NCBI GenBank assembly: GCA_030390025.1
Contig: CM059431.1
Span: forward strand, 150,228,001-150,292,000
DNA: 64,000 nt
Direction: 5' to 3'
DNA from: Squalus acanthias
Lineage: Eukaryota
In this document: positions 51,421-62,631 of the stretch, one piece after another
Layout: every line of letters begins with the position of its first letter
How positions within the stretch are numbered: position 1 is the stretch's first letter
The notes under the pieces: model-generated
The model's database searches: none
The model's input: only the letters and a program-made list of their open reading frames with translations
Told to the model about the DNA's origin: nothing
Made by a program: the position numbers and the translations under genes

Positions 51421-52221
51421 GCAGGTCCTTCTTCAGCTGGAGATCAAATGTCTGTTCATTAATTGTACCAACAGTAAACAGGCACCTGTGAACTCTCCAC
51501 TCTCCTATGTTAATGCAGACTTTAAGCAAATTGAAATGAGTTTATGTTAAATGAGTTAACACCTGCCTTAAAATGGTAGTCCCAGGACTGTCACACAAAC
51601 ACATTAAATCTTCATGGAATAATAACCACAGTCATTTTTAGACTGGAAACTGAAACCTGCCGTTTCACTTTAACTCAGGAACAGATCGCAATTTTACATC
51701 AATCTCTGATTTGACAGCACGTGTCCAGCATTCACCGTTGTTCTTCCTGATTCTAAACACAGCTGTAATGGAGGCTTCTGTTTCGTGCTGAGGAGCTCTG
51801 AACCATGGAAGAGAGCAGCTGGGACACATTTCTTACACGCCTCAAGATTAAACCGCATGGGGATTTTGCTGTCAGTGAAAAGAGACGAGAAAGACCAAAG
51901 TGCCGTTTTCCCCTCTCAGTGTGGCCTTTAAGGAATGTGTCCAAACTGAAGACCTGTTCCCGCCGTGCGATCCTCCCCCCAGATTTTCCTTTCTGAGCTC
52001 CAGCCAGGTGATGCTAAACACCCAGTTGGGAAAGACGACAATCTACAATGATGTGTTTAAAACAAACAGATTTATTTGAAATTTATACAGCATATTAAAC
52101 TCCTGCCCAGTTACAGGAGTTACTAACATCAGCAGAAACAACCCCCAACTGTCAGAGTGAACATTGTTCGGTCTTGGATGTGAGTAACAGCAGCAAATAC
52201 AGCAGAATCCAACCTATGATG

Positions 52222-52834
52222 TCAGTTGTGTACTCGCTGTTGTGTTAGCTGGCTGGATGTAGAAATTAACCCCTTCCCACACTCAAAGTAGGTGAACGGC
52301 CTCTCCCCAGTGTGAACTCGCTAGTGTCTCAGCAAGGTGGATGACTGAGTGAATCGCTTTCCGCACACAGAGAAGGTGAACGGCCTCTCCAGTGTGAACC
52401 CGCTGGTGTGTCAGCAGTGTGGGTGACTGAGTGAATCCCTTCCCACACACGGAGCAGCTGAACGGCCGCTCACCAGCGTGAACCCGCTGGTGTGTCAGGA
52501 GGGTGGGTGACGCAGTTTTTCCATTCCCACACACGGAGCAGGTGAACGGCCTCTCCCCAGTGTGAACTCGCTGCTGTGTCAGCAGGGTGGATGACTGAGT
52601 GAATCCATTCCGACAAACGGAGCAGGTGAACGGCCTCTCCCCAGTGTGACTGAGCTTGTGTCTCGACAGGTCAGTGGGTCGGCTGAATCCTCGTCCACTC
52701 ACAGAACGGTGCTTTTTGCTTCCATATTCAAAGGCTGCTGATATTCAGGACCCGTTGAATCGATTGACTCTGTCAGATCTTGACCTGATGTTTACGTTGA
52801 GCTTCCTTAGTGCAAATCTTCCTCCTCGAACACC
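52222..52834 (-). pseudogene. C2H2 Kruppel-type zinc-finger gene terminal exon, pseudogenised (six finger units)
   Basis: TGERPF linkers, CSVCG...H-RVH fingers; acceptor ttttacag at 52835-52842; AATAAA at ~52071-52076; deletion giving MEAKSTVL*; frameshift near 52390; in-frame TAG at ~52321; Cys/His substitutions. Confidence 0.88.
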
Positions 52835-53124
52835 CTGTAAAATTAATTTAAAACAGGAAAAAGGGAGCGTGAGAGTGAGCCCACAGAAGGCCAAGGGCAT
52901 GTTGTGAAATTGAGCTTAATGAGTCTGGATATGTGTGGGGTCGACACGAGTAAAAAATGACCATGAAAGCTGCCGATTGTCATAAAACCCAACTGGTTCA
53001 CTAATGTCCTTCAGGGAAGGGAACCCGTCAACCGGTCAGGGCCACACATGACTCTGGCCTCTATGGGAGCAGAGTCAGAGAGGTGGGACGGGGCGAAGTC
53101 GAGGGATATTGTACATGTGCAACT

Positions 53125-53450
53125 TCACCAGAAATTTGACAGCACCTCCCAAACCAGCGACCTCCAATACCTAGAAGGACAATGGCAGCAGGTGCATGGG
53201 AACACATTCACATTGATGCTCCCGTCCAAGTCACACACCTTCCTGACTTAGAAGTATATCGCTGTTCCTTCAACGTCGCTGGGTCAAAATCCTGGAACTC
53301 CCTCCCTAACATCACTGTGGGAGCACCTACACCACACGGACTGCAGCGGTTCACGAAGGTGGCACACCAGCACCTTCTTAAGGGCAATTATGGATGGGCA
53401 ATAAAGGCTGGCATTGTCAGCGATGCCCACAACCCAATAATTAATTTAAA
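53125..53450 (+). mobile_element. LINE 3' end, same family as ~30860-32120
   Basis: Matches 31800-32110 (gacagcacctcccaaacc...ggtcaaaatcctggaactccc). Confidence 0.8.
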
Positions 53451-55025
53451 AATCTGGACATGTAAAATGGATTATAAGCCTCTACAGAAATACTTGTTAC
53501 TAAAACAATAACCTCTTACATTGTACGGACAGTGTCTGTTTAACAAACTAATATCCCCAAGAATCTACCTCCTTTGCAACTCTCACATTGGAAATTGTTG
53601 GGCCCCATTGGGCTCAAAGGTACCCGGCGTTAAAACCAGCAGCTTCTCAACCATCTCCATTCCAGCTCAAACTGATGCAACAAAAAAGGACCTTCACGGA
53701 GGCGAGGGACCAACTTCTGCATCCAACGCCCACCCTGGTGCAAACCGGCACTTAATTGGTCCGCCTGTGATTCCAGACTCGGTTCTGCGAGCGACGCCTG
53801 CAATAAAACCAAAGCAAAATACTGCAGAGGCTGGAAACCTGAAATAAAGAGAGAAAAGTGCTGCATATGCTGAGCCATTCATGCAGTATCTGTGGGGTGC
53901 GGTGTGCGGGCGGGGGCGAGGGGAGGTGTCAGAGAGAGAAACAGAGTTAACGGCCTGAATTGTAATGCTTTGGTTGGTTGGGGGCAAGGGGGGAGAGTCG
54001 CTGGTACAACGGGCGGGAAACCCGGGAGAACGGGTTTCACACAGGCCCTGCCTCATTTAACGTCACCTGTGTTTCTTTTTGCCAATCTCCTTATATCTGG
54101 GTCCTCCGGTTACAGACCCTTCTGCCAGTGGAAGCAGTTTCTGCTTGTTTACTAATCTATTAAATTTCCTCTTAAACTTCTCTGCTCCAAGGAGTACTAC
54201 CCCAGCTTAATAACATAAGAAATAAGAGGAAGTGTAGACCATACGTCCCCTCGAGCCTGCTCCGCCATGCAATAAGCTGCTTCAGTTTATCCACACAACC
54301 AAAGTCTCCCATCCCTGGTACCATTCTAGTAAATCTGCTCCGCACCCTCTCTAAGGCCTTGACATCCTTCCTAAAGGGTGGCGCACAGAATTGTACACAA
54401 TTCTCAGCTGAGGATTAACCAGTGTTTTATAAAGGTTTAGGAAGGCAAAATAACAAATAATGCTATTTATGTGATGGGGTTAGAAGGGCGAGGTTAATCC
54501 AGTCAGCTGGATGTGTGAAAGAGACCGTGAGCTGAAAGAGCTCACTTGGAGTGGAGAGCATCGATCACGCAGTGTAACCCGGCGCAAACACTCCTGCACA
54601 GCCCCAGATATTACTTGTTTCGCACTTGGCACAGAAACGTATATTAAATGGTTTAGTTTATGATTGAATCATACTTCTCGAATTGTACTTCCCAACTCAG
54701 ATTCAAGGCCTCATTTATTTTCTTCTTCTGAGCCCCTGAACCTCATCTGGCAGCGTAATGTTGGCGAGTGGTGATCGATTGCCCTGGAACCAACAGGAAG
54801 AGACCTCAGAGGCCGGAAGGTCAAGGGAACAGTGTTTTCTGCAACCAATCGCGGTGCTTGAGTCGGACAGTCAGGTGAGTCAGTGTGAACCCTTGTTAAA
54901 ACAATTTATCGTTTAAAGGTTAAATCGAGATTTCGTTTGTCAAGGAAACAGTTTAACATTTGTTTGTGTTGTGTTTTCCTGGATTTCATATTATGAGTTT
55001 CAGTCACTTCAGTGCCAAGTGGACC

Positions 55026-55906
55026 ATAGAATCATAGAATGGTTACAGCACAGAAGGAGGCCATTCGGCCCGTCGATCCCGTGACGGCTCTTTGCAAGAG
55101 CACTTCAGCTAGTCCCACTCCCCGCCCTTTCCTCTAGTCCAGCATTTGTTTTCCTTCAGGTGCTTATCCAAATCCCATTTGAAGCCACGATTGAGTCTGC
55201 CTCCAAAACCCTTTCAGGCAGTGCATTAAAGATATTAACCACTCGCTGCATAAAAATATTTTTCTTCATGTCGCCGATGGTTCTTTTGCCAATCACCTTA
55301 AATCTGTGTCCCTCTGGCTCTCGATATCCGCAAAGGGAACAGGTTCTCTCTATCTACTCTCTCCAGACACCTCATGATTTTGAAAACATCTAACAAATCT
55401 CCTCTCAAGCTTCTCTGTTCTAAGGAAAAATAACCCCAGCTTATCTAGTCTATCCATGTAACTGAAGTCCCTCATTCCCTGGAACCATTCTCGTAAATCT
55501 TTTCTGCACCCTCGCTGAGGCCTCATCATCCTTCTTAAAGTGTGGTGTCCAGAATTGGACACAATACTCCAATTGAGGCCGAACCAGTGCTATGCCTCTA
55601 TTTATGAAGCCCAGGATCCCATATGTGTTTTTTTTTTACCGCATTCGCAACCTGCCCTGCCACATTCAACGATTTGTGCACATATATTTCGTATTCATGC
55701 TGGCACTGTTTCCTTTATTCCCCTGGCTTCACCTTCGCTGGCAATTCTATTACGTGGCATTATATCAAACGCCTTTTGGAAATCCATATACACCATATCA
55801 ACCGCATTGTCCTTATCAACCCTCTGTGTTACCTCATCAAAAAACTCAATCAAGTAGTTAAACACGAATTCCCTTAACAAATCAGTGCTGGGTTTCATTC
55901 ATTAAT
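55026..55906 (-). mobile_element. CR1 3' fragment running into the gap
   Basis: (catagaat)n tail; LIEFFDEVT...VYMDFQKAFD. Confidence 0.88.
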
Positions 55907-56106
55907 NNNNNNNNNNNNNNNNNNNNNNNNNNNNNNNNNNNNNNNNNNNNNNNNNNNNNNNNNNNNNNNNNNNNNNNNNNNNNNNNNNNNNNNNNNNNNN
56001 NNNNNNNNNNNNNNNNNNNNNNNNNNNNNNNNNNNNNNNNNNNNNNNNNNNNNNNNNNNNNNNNNNNNNNNNNNNNNNNNNNNNNNNNNNNNNNNNNNNN
56101 NNNNNN
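55907..56106. other. Assembly gap (200 N)
   Basis: Run of N; true size unknown. Confidence 1.
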
Positions 56107-56788
56107 GGAGCGCTGCACTGTCGGAGGGGCAGTACTGAGGGGGCGCTGCACTGTCGGAGAGGCAGTACTGAGGGAGCGCTGCGCTGTCGGAGGGGCAGTA
56201 CTGAGGGAGCGCTGCGCTGTCGGAGGGGCAGTACTGAGGGAGCGCTGCACTGTCGGAGAGGCAGTACTGAGGGAGCGCTGCGCTGTCGGAGGGGCAGTAC
56301 TGAGGGAGCGCTGCACTGTCGGAGGGGCAGTACTGAGGGAGCGCTGCACTGTCGAGAGGGCAGTACTGAGGGAGCGCTGCACTGTCGGAGGGGCAGTACT
56401 GAGGGAGCGCTGCACTGTCGGAGGGGCAGTACTGAGGGAGCGCTGCACTGTCGGAGCTGCCATCTTTCGGATGGTATGTTAAACCAAGGCCCCGTCTGCG
56501 CTCTCAGGTGGATGTAAAAGATCCCACGGCCCCTATTGGAAGAAGAGCAGGGAAGTTCTTCCCCGGTGTCCTTGGGCCAATATTTATCCCTCAATCAACA
56601 TCACTAAAACAGATTATCTGATCATTGTCACATTGCTGTTTTGGGAGCTTGCTGTGCGCAAATTGGCTGCCGCATTTCCTACATTACAACAGTGACTACA
56701 CTTCAGAAAAAGTACTTCATTGGCTGTAAAGCACTTTGGGATGCCCTGCATTCGGGCCAGGCATTGTAAAAATGCAGGGTCTTTCTTT
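56107..56788 (+). mobile_element. Deu-domain SINE whose 5' part is a homogeneous 33-bp minisatellite (56107-56455)
   Basis: About 10 near-identical units, then sequence colinear with 27672-27995. Confidence 0.9.
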
Positions 56789-57540
56789 TGATGTCGTATT
56801 CAGTGCACAGCGCTCGGACCAGAGTTATACTGCCGCCCAGTACTGCTGTCCATTTTTATTTTGAAATGATGGGGAATGCAGATTGCTGGCGCACTGCGAG
56901 CGTGTGGGGCTGTTACACAGGCATTTCGCCGCAGGGTCCTGCACAGTACCCGAGCTGCAGCAGAGCAGGGTTATACTGTCACCTGCGCACCGCCAGTCAG
57001 ACGCGAGGCTCGGCAACTCGTGGCTCCTGCCTTCGGGCGCCGCAGAGCCACGTCACCCGTCCGGTTATGGAGTTACACTGTCGCCTGGTTTAGTGGTTGT
57101 CAAACTCCTGACTGATGGGCGATTCACTCCCACCCCATTTTAGACACGGTAGAGTTATACTCTCGCCTGCGCGCTGCGACGGGGGTCCCACCATCGAGCC
57201 TGATGGGGAAGCAATACGATGGAGGCAGCGTATGTATCTAACCCGTGCTGTACCTGCCCTGAGTGTGTTGAATTGGACAGTGTAGAGGGAGCTTTACTCT
57301 GTATCTAACCCGTGCTGCACCTGCCCTGGGAGTGTTTGATGGGACAGTGTTGAGGGACTTGACTTGCTGCTCCTGGGATCTTTCGGCAGTGGAAATTTCT
57401 TCGGTGGGACGTCCAAACTCGCCCGCTCTCCTCTCCTGGTGCGGGCTGATCCCTCGCTTGGGTGTACCTTATTGATCCCGAGCAGCCGTGACCCTCAGTG
57501 TGTTGTGTATGTTTGACCTTGTGCCTTCTTGACCCCACAG

Positions 57541-57716
57541 CAGACGGGGAGGATGTCCCCCAGCCACTTTGCCCGAGTCTCAGGTTTGGTGGGGAGCCCA
57601 CTGACGGCCATGAACGCCAACCTGCTGCAAAGCAGGCTGGGACAGCTGATGCCGCCTGTCGCCGGTTTCCGGCCTTACTTCAGCCCGGCGACGGCTGGAC
57701 ACCTGCAGAACGTCAG
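57541..57716 (+). CDS. PATL1: Internal coding exon resembling PAT1 homolog 1 (mRNA decapping/P-body factor), proline-rich region
   Basis: Pyrimidine tract + cag acceptor ending at 57540, AG|GTATGG donor; QTGRMSPSHFARVSGLVGSPLTAMNANLLQSRLGQLMPPVAGFRPYFSPATAGHLQNVR resembles recalled vertebrate PATL1 ([46 protein letters not shown]...HLQNLR). Confidence 0.82.
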
Positions 57717-57842
57717 GTATGGGGAGTGCGGGAGCAGTGCCTGGGGGAGGGGACGGGACCTGTGCCCATCTGGCGAGGGTGTGGGTTTGCGCGCCGCTCA
57801 TTCGCTCCCGATCACCGGTGGAATATTTGACGACCACTCCAG

Positions 57843-58330
57843 CCTCGGCTAATCCGCAGCTCGCTCTGCCGGCCGGCCTCCCATCTTCCGCACTCCGTAC
57901 ACTTCGCCTCATCCCGAAACTCTGCTGCCCCATCTCCGAACTTACACCAAGTCCCGTTCGCCCATCACCCCTGTGCTTGCTGACCTGCATTGGCTCCCAG
58001 TTAAGCAACGCCTCGATTTTAAAATTCTCATCCTGCTGTTCAAATCCCTCCATGGCCTTGCCCCCACCCTCCCAATCTCTGTAACTTCCTACAACCCTCC
58101 GAGATCTCTGCGCTCCTCCAATTCTGGCCTTTTGCGCACCCACCCCGATTTCCATCACTCTACCATTGGCGGCCGTGCCTTCACCTGCGGAAGCCCCAAG
58201 CTCTGGAATTCCCTCCCTGACCCCCTCCCCCTCGCGCTCTCCTCCTTTAAGAAGCTCTTTAAAATCTACCTCTTTGACCAAGCTTTTGGTCACCTCTCCT
58301 AACATGTCCTCTTGTGTCTCGGTGTCAAAT
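57843..58330 (+). mobile_element. L2 3' fragment
   Basis: LADLHWLPVKQRLDFKIL...GGRAF...PKLWNSLP. Confidence 0.9.
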
Positions 58331-58515
58331 TACACCTGTGTCAGCCGTGACTCAGTGGGTAGCACTCTCGCCTCTGAGTCAGAAGGTTGTGTGTTCAAGT
58401 TCCACTCCAGAGACTTGAGCACAAAATCCAGGCTGACACTCCCAGTGCCAGTACTGAAGGGCAAATGTGAGAAGTCGCGCAACACCAGGTTATAGTCCAA
58501 CAGTTTTATTTGAAA

Positions 58516-58553
58516 TCACAAGCTTTCGGAGCGGCTGCTCCTTCGTCAGGTGA
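58516..58553 (-). ncRNA. Minimal type-I hammerhead ribozyme motif (family B)
   Basis: tcac-CTGACGA-a-ggagc/gctcc-GAAAgctt-gtga on the minus strand. Confidence 0.82.
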
Positions 58554-58580
58554 AGTGAAGAGATGTCACATCTCTTCACT

Positions 58581-58617
58581 TCACCTGACGAAGGAGCAGC
58601 GCTCCGAAAGCTTGTGA
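58581..58617 (+). ncRNA. Minimal type-I hammerhead ribozyme motif (family B)
   Basis: tcac-CTGACGA-a-ggagc/gctcc-GAAAgctt-gtga. Confidence 0.82.
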
Positions 58618-58732
58618 TTTCAAATAAAGCTGTTGGACTATAACCTGGTGTTGTGCGACTTCTCACATTTGTCCACCCCAGTCCAACACTGGCATCTCCA
58701 CATCATGACTACTGAAGGGAGCGTTGCACTGT

Positions 58733-59643
58733 CGCAGATGACACGAAAATTGGTGGAGTGGTAAATAGCGAGGAGGGAAGCCTCAGGCTACAGGACGATA
58801 TAGACGGATTGATCAAATGGGCAGAACAGTGGCAAATGGAATTTAACCCTGAAAAGTGTGAGGTGATTCATTTTGGGAGGACTAACAAGGCAAGGGAATA
58901 CACAATGAATGGTCGGACCCTAGGAAGGACAGAGGATCAGAGGGACCTTGGCGTGCATGTACATAGATCCCTGAAGGCAGCAGGACAGGTAGATAAGGTG
59001 GTTAAAAAGGCATATGGGATACTTGCCTTCATTAGCCGAGGCATAGAATATAAGAGCAGGGAGGTTATGATGGAGCTGTACAAAACGCTAGTTAGGCCAC
59101 AGCTGGAATACTGTGTGCAGTTCTGGTCGCCACACTATAGGAAGGATGTGATTGCATTGGAGACGGTGCAGAGGAGATTCACCAGGATGTTACCTGGGCT
59201 GCAGCGCTTCAGCTATGAAGAGAGACTGGACAGGCTGGGGTTGTTTTCCTTAGAGCAGAGAAGGCTGAGGGGGGACCTGATTGAGGTGTACAAAATTATG
59301 AGGGGCATAGATAGGGTAGATAGAAAGCAACTTTTCCCCTTCGTAGAGGGGTCAATAACCAGGGGCATAGTTTCAAGGTAAGGGGCAGGAGGTTTAGAGG
59401 GGATTTGAGGAAACATTTTTTCACCCAGAGGGTGGTGGGAATCTGGAACTCACTGCTTGAAAGGGTGGTAGAGGCAGGAACCCTCAACATTAAAGCAGCA
59501 TTTAGATGAGCACTTGAAACGCCATAGCACACAAGGCTATGGACCAAGTGCTGGAAAATGGGATGAGAATAGACAGGGCTTGATGGCCGGCGTGGACACG
59601 ATGGGCTGAAGGGCCTCTTTCTGTGCTGTATAACTCTATGACT
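58733..59643 (+). mobile_element. Young 5'-truncated CR1
   Basis: Uninterrupted 207-aa RT C-terminal ORF (58758-59381); ctctatga tail. Confidence 0.95.
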
Positions 59644-59959
59644 TTTGGCGGGGTCGTCTTTCAGATGTAGTAAAGGGGCCTTCAGGAAGAGTGACCATAA
59701 TATGATAGAATTTTATATTGAGTTTGAAATTGATTTAGTTAAATCCGAAACTAGGGTCTAAAAGCAAGCTATGTAGGTACGAGGGCGAGTTAGCTAAGCT
59801 AGATTGGGAAACTGCATTAAAGGGTATGACGGTAGACAAGTAATGGCTAGCGTTTAAAAAAATTAACACATAATTTACAACAAATATACATTCCTTTAAG
59901 ACACAAAAACCCCACAGGGAAAGTGGTCCAACCGTGGCTAACAAGAGAAGTTAAAGATA

Positions 59960-60093
59960 GTTCTGACGAAGGGTTTCGACCTGAAACGCTAACTCTGTTT
60001 CTCTCTCCACGGATCTTGCCTGGCCTGCTGAGTTTTTCCAGCGTTTTCTGTTGTTACAATTTTCCAGCATCCGCAGTATTTTCTTATCGTATC
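59960..60093 (+). mobile_element. 134-bp Penelope family A terminal insertion beginning at the hammerhead motif (59959-59994)
   Basis: 12-bp TSD AAGTTAAAGATA at 59948-59959 and 60094-60105; CTGACGA...GAAA core, cleavage-site U changed to C. Confidence 0.85.
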
Positions 60094-61390
60094 AAGTTAA
60101 AGATAATGTTAGATCAAAGGAAGAGGCTGAGAATGTTGCCAAAAAGAGGAGTAAGCCTGAGGATTGGGAGGATTTTAGAATTCAACAAAGGAGGACCAAG
60201 AAATTGATAAAGAAAGGGAAAATAGAATATGAGAGTCAACTAGCGACAGACATAAAAACAGATTGTAAAAGCTTCTGTAGGTATGTAAAAAGGAAAAGAC
60301 TAGCGACAGTAAATGTGGATCCCTGACGGGCTGAGACAAGAGAAATTATAATGGGGAATAAGGAAATGGCAGAGAAATTAAACAAATACTTTGTGTCTGT
60401 CTTCAAGGAAGAAGACGCAAAAAAATTCCCAGAAATAGTGAAGAACCAAGGGTCTAGCGAGAATGAGGAACTGAAAGAGATTGAGAACATAAGAAATCAG
60501 AGCAGGAGTCGGCCACACAGCCCCTCGATCCTGCTCCGCCATTCAACAAGATCATGGCTGATCGTCGACCTCAACTCCACTTTCCCGCCCGATCTCCATA
60601 TCCCTTGATTCCCCTAGAGTCCAAAAATCTATCTGTCTCAGCCTTGAATATACTCAACGATTCAGCAATCACAGCCCTCTGGGGCAGAGAATTCCAAAGA
60701 TTCACAACCCTCTGAGTGAAGAAATTCCACCTCATCTCAGTCCTAAATGGTCTACCCGTTATCCTGAGACTATGCCCCCTAGTTCTAGACACTCCAGTCG
60801 GGGAAACAACCTCCCCTTCAGGATCTTGTATGTTTCAATGAGATCACCTCTCATTCTTCTAAACTCCAGAGAGTATCGGCCCATTCTGCACAATTTCTCT
60901 TCATAGGACAGCCCTCTCATCCCAGGAATCAATCTAGTGAACCTTCGTTGCACTGCCTCCAAGGCAAGTATATCCTTCCTTAGATAAAGAGACCAAAACT
61001 GTGCACAGTACTCCAGGTGTGGTCTCACCAAGTGTAAGCTTTTTATTTCGACTGGCATTAAATTGACAGCAAGACCAATTCTTTTGAAACAATTTGGAAT
61101 AAGTTTGTGAAACACACACACACTCATGCACATCAAAACAGTAGTCTACTGGTATCTATTGTCTCTACTCGATTACAACAGGTAAGGTAATGGGTTAGAT
61201 TTAAACAGACTTGTACTTCCCTGAGTCAAGCAAGGCCGTTTTCCTTGCTTCTTGGTCTGGTCTGTCGAGGGAGGGCTTCCTGCTTTTACGCGTGGTCATC
61301 CAGAGAGAGAACGAGAGCCTTTGGGTTCCTTGTTTTATATTTTTTAAGTCCATTGTCTCTCGTCTAAATTGCTAAGACCCCAGGATTGGG

Positions 61391-62025
61391 GTCTCTACAT
61401 TGGGGAGACCAAACGCAGATTGGGTGACCGCTTTGCGGGACACATCCGTTCAGTCCGTAAGTGTGACCCCGAGCTTCCGATCGCCTGTCATTTTAATTCA
61501 CCTCTCCACGCCCACTCGGACCTCACCGTCCTCGGCCTCGTGCATTGTTCCACGGAAGCTCAGCGTAAGCTCCAGGAACAGTACCTCATCTTCCGTTTAG
61601 GCACTTTACAGCCTTCCGGACTCAATATCGAGTTCAACAATTTCAGATCATAACCCCGGCCCCTACCACATATATACACATTTTATCCACCCTTTTGGTC
61701 CGTGCCTTTTTCCTTCTTTTCTCTCTCTCCCCCTACGGCAGCTGTCTCTCATTCTGCCAGCATTTCACACCTCACCTTTTGTTTCTTAACCTGTCCCATT
61801 ACCATCTCGTCTTGCCTTGAGCATCTCTTAATGTCTCTACTTACCATAGACCCCCCCCTTTTGTTCTTTTATTCCTCCCCCCAGCCTCCCCCTTGCATTT
61901 TTATCTGTTTCATTTCCTGCTCTTTTCTCAGTTCTGACGAAGGGTTTCGACCTGAAATGTTAACTCTGTTTCTCTCCACGGATGTTGCCTGGCCTGCTGA
62001 GTTTTTCCAGCGTTTTCTGTTGTTG
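61391..62025 (+). mobile_element. Penelope-like family A 3' end inserted in the LTR
   Basis: LYIGETKRRLGDRFAGH...EQYLIFRLGTLQPSGLN; 13-bp TSD CCCCAGGATTGGG at 61378-61390 and 62026-62038. Confidence 0.92.
61930..61965 (+). ncRNA. Minimal type-I hammerhead ribozyme motif (family A)
   Basis: agtt-CTGACGA-stem II-GAAAtgtt-aact; ACGT palindrome decayed to ATGT. Confidence 0.72.
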
Positions 62026-62631
62026 CCCCAGGATTGGGTCTTAGTTTCATGGCAGTTCGTGATTGGCTTTCCTTTGAACATGTGTCTGTCTGCGGTGGCT
62101 GGTGCCATTTCTTGATTAAGTTAATTGTTTGTTGACACCTTTTAATGGCTCTTGGGTTTCGCTGGGTTTTCGATGCTGTCTCTGTGGGGGTTATCCTGTT
62201 TTGCAGGTTTCCGTTAAGTTTCGCGCTGTTGCCTTGAGCTCCACTCACCCAGGGGAGATCCATACATATTAAATTCATCTTTATTACATACATCTTCTAT
62301 TAATAGTCTTGAGTCCATCATAACATATATTTTTATTCTTACACAAGGCCCTGTACAATTGTAGCAAGACTTCCTTGCTCTTACACTCCAACCCCCTTGC
62401 AATAAAGGCCAACGTGCCATTTACCATCCTTATTGCTTGCTGTACCTGCATGCTAGCTCTCTGTGTTTCTTGCACGAGGACACCCAAATCTCTCTGAACA
62501 CCAACATTTGAAAGTTTCTCACCATTTAAAAAATATTCTGTTTTTCTATTCTTCCGACCAAAGTGAATAACCTCATTTCCCTACATTATACTCCATCTGC
62601 CACCTTACTGCCCACTCACTTAGTCTATCTA

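Larger units (their letters stand above)
58462..58709. mobile_element. 248-bp non-coding Penelope family B derivative: inverted terminal repeat pair with two hammerheads
   Basis: ~105-bp arms centred on 58567; 10-bp TSD TACTGAAGGG at 58452-58461 and 58710-58719. Confidence 0.88.
58341..58734 (+). mobile_element. Deu-SINE 5' head interrupted by the palindromic Penelope insertion
   Basis: A/B-box head gactcagtggg...gttcaagttcc; host resumes at 58710. Confidence 0.82.
61033..62343 (-). mobile_element. Solo LTR (~660 bp after removing the Penelope insert)
   Basis: TGTAAG...CTTACA termini, 4-bp TSD CAAG at 61029-61032 and 62344-62347; minus-strand TATA-like (~61335) and AATAAA (~61045). Confidence 0.85.

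Noticed and set aside
54800..54885. Possible plus-strand first exon (CCGGAAG, CCAAT, CAG|GTGAGT)
   Set aside because: Short motifs only; no linked downstream exon can be shown before the gap
55882..56594. ORFs spanning the N run
   Set aside because: Artefacts of the gap and the 33-bp repeat
58758..59381. Active or domesticated reverse transcriptase
   Set aside because: 5'-truncated at the catalytic ADD motif; simply a young CR1 fragment
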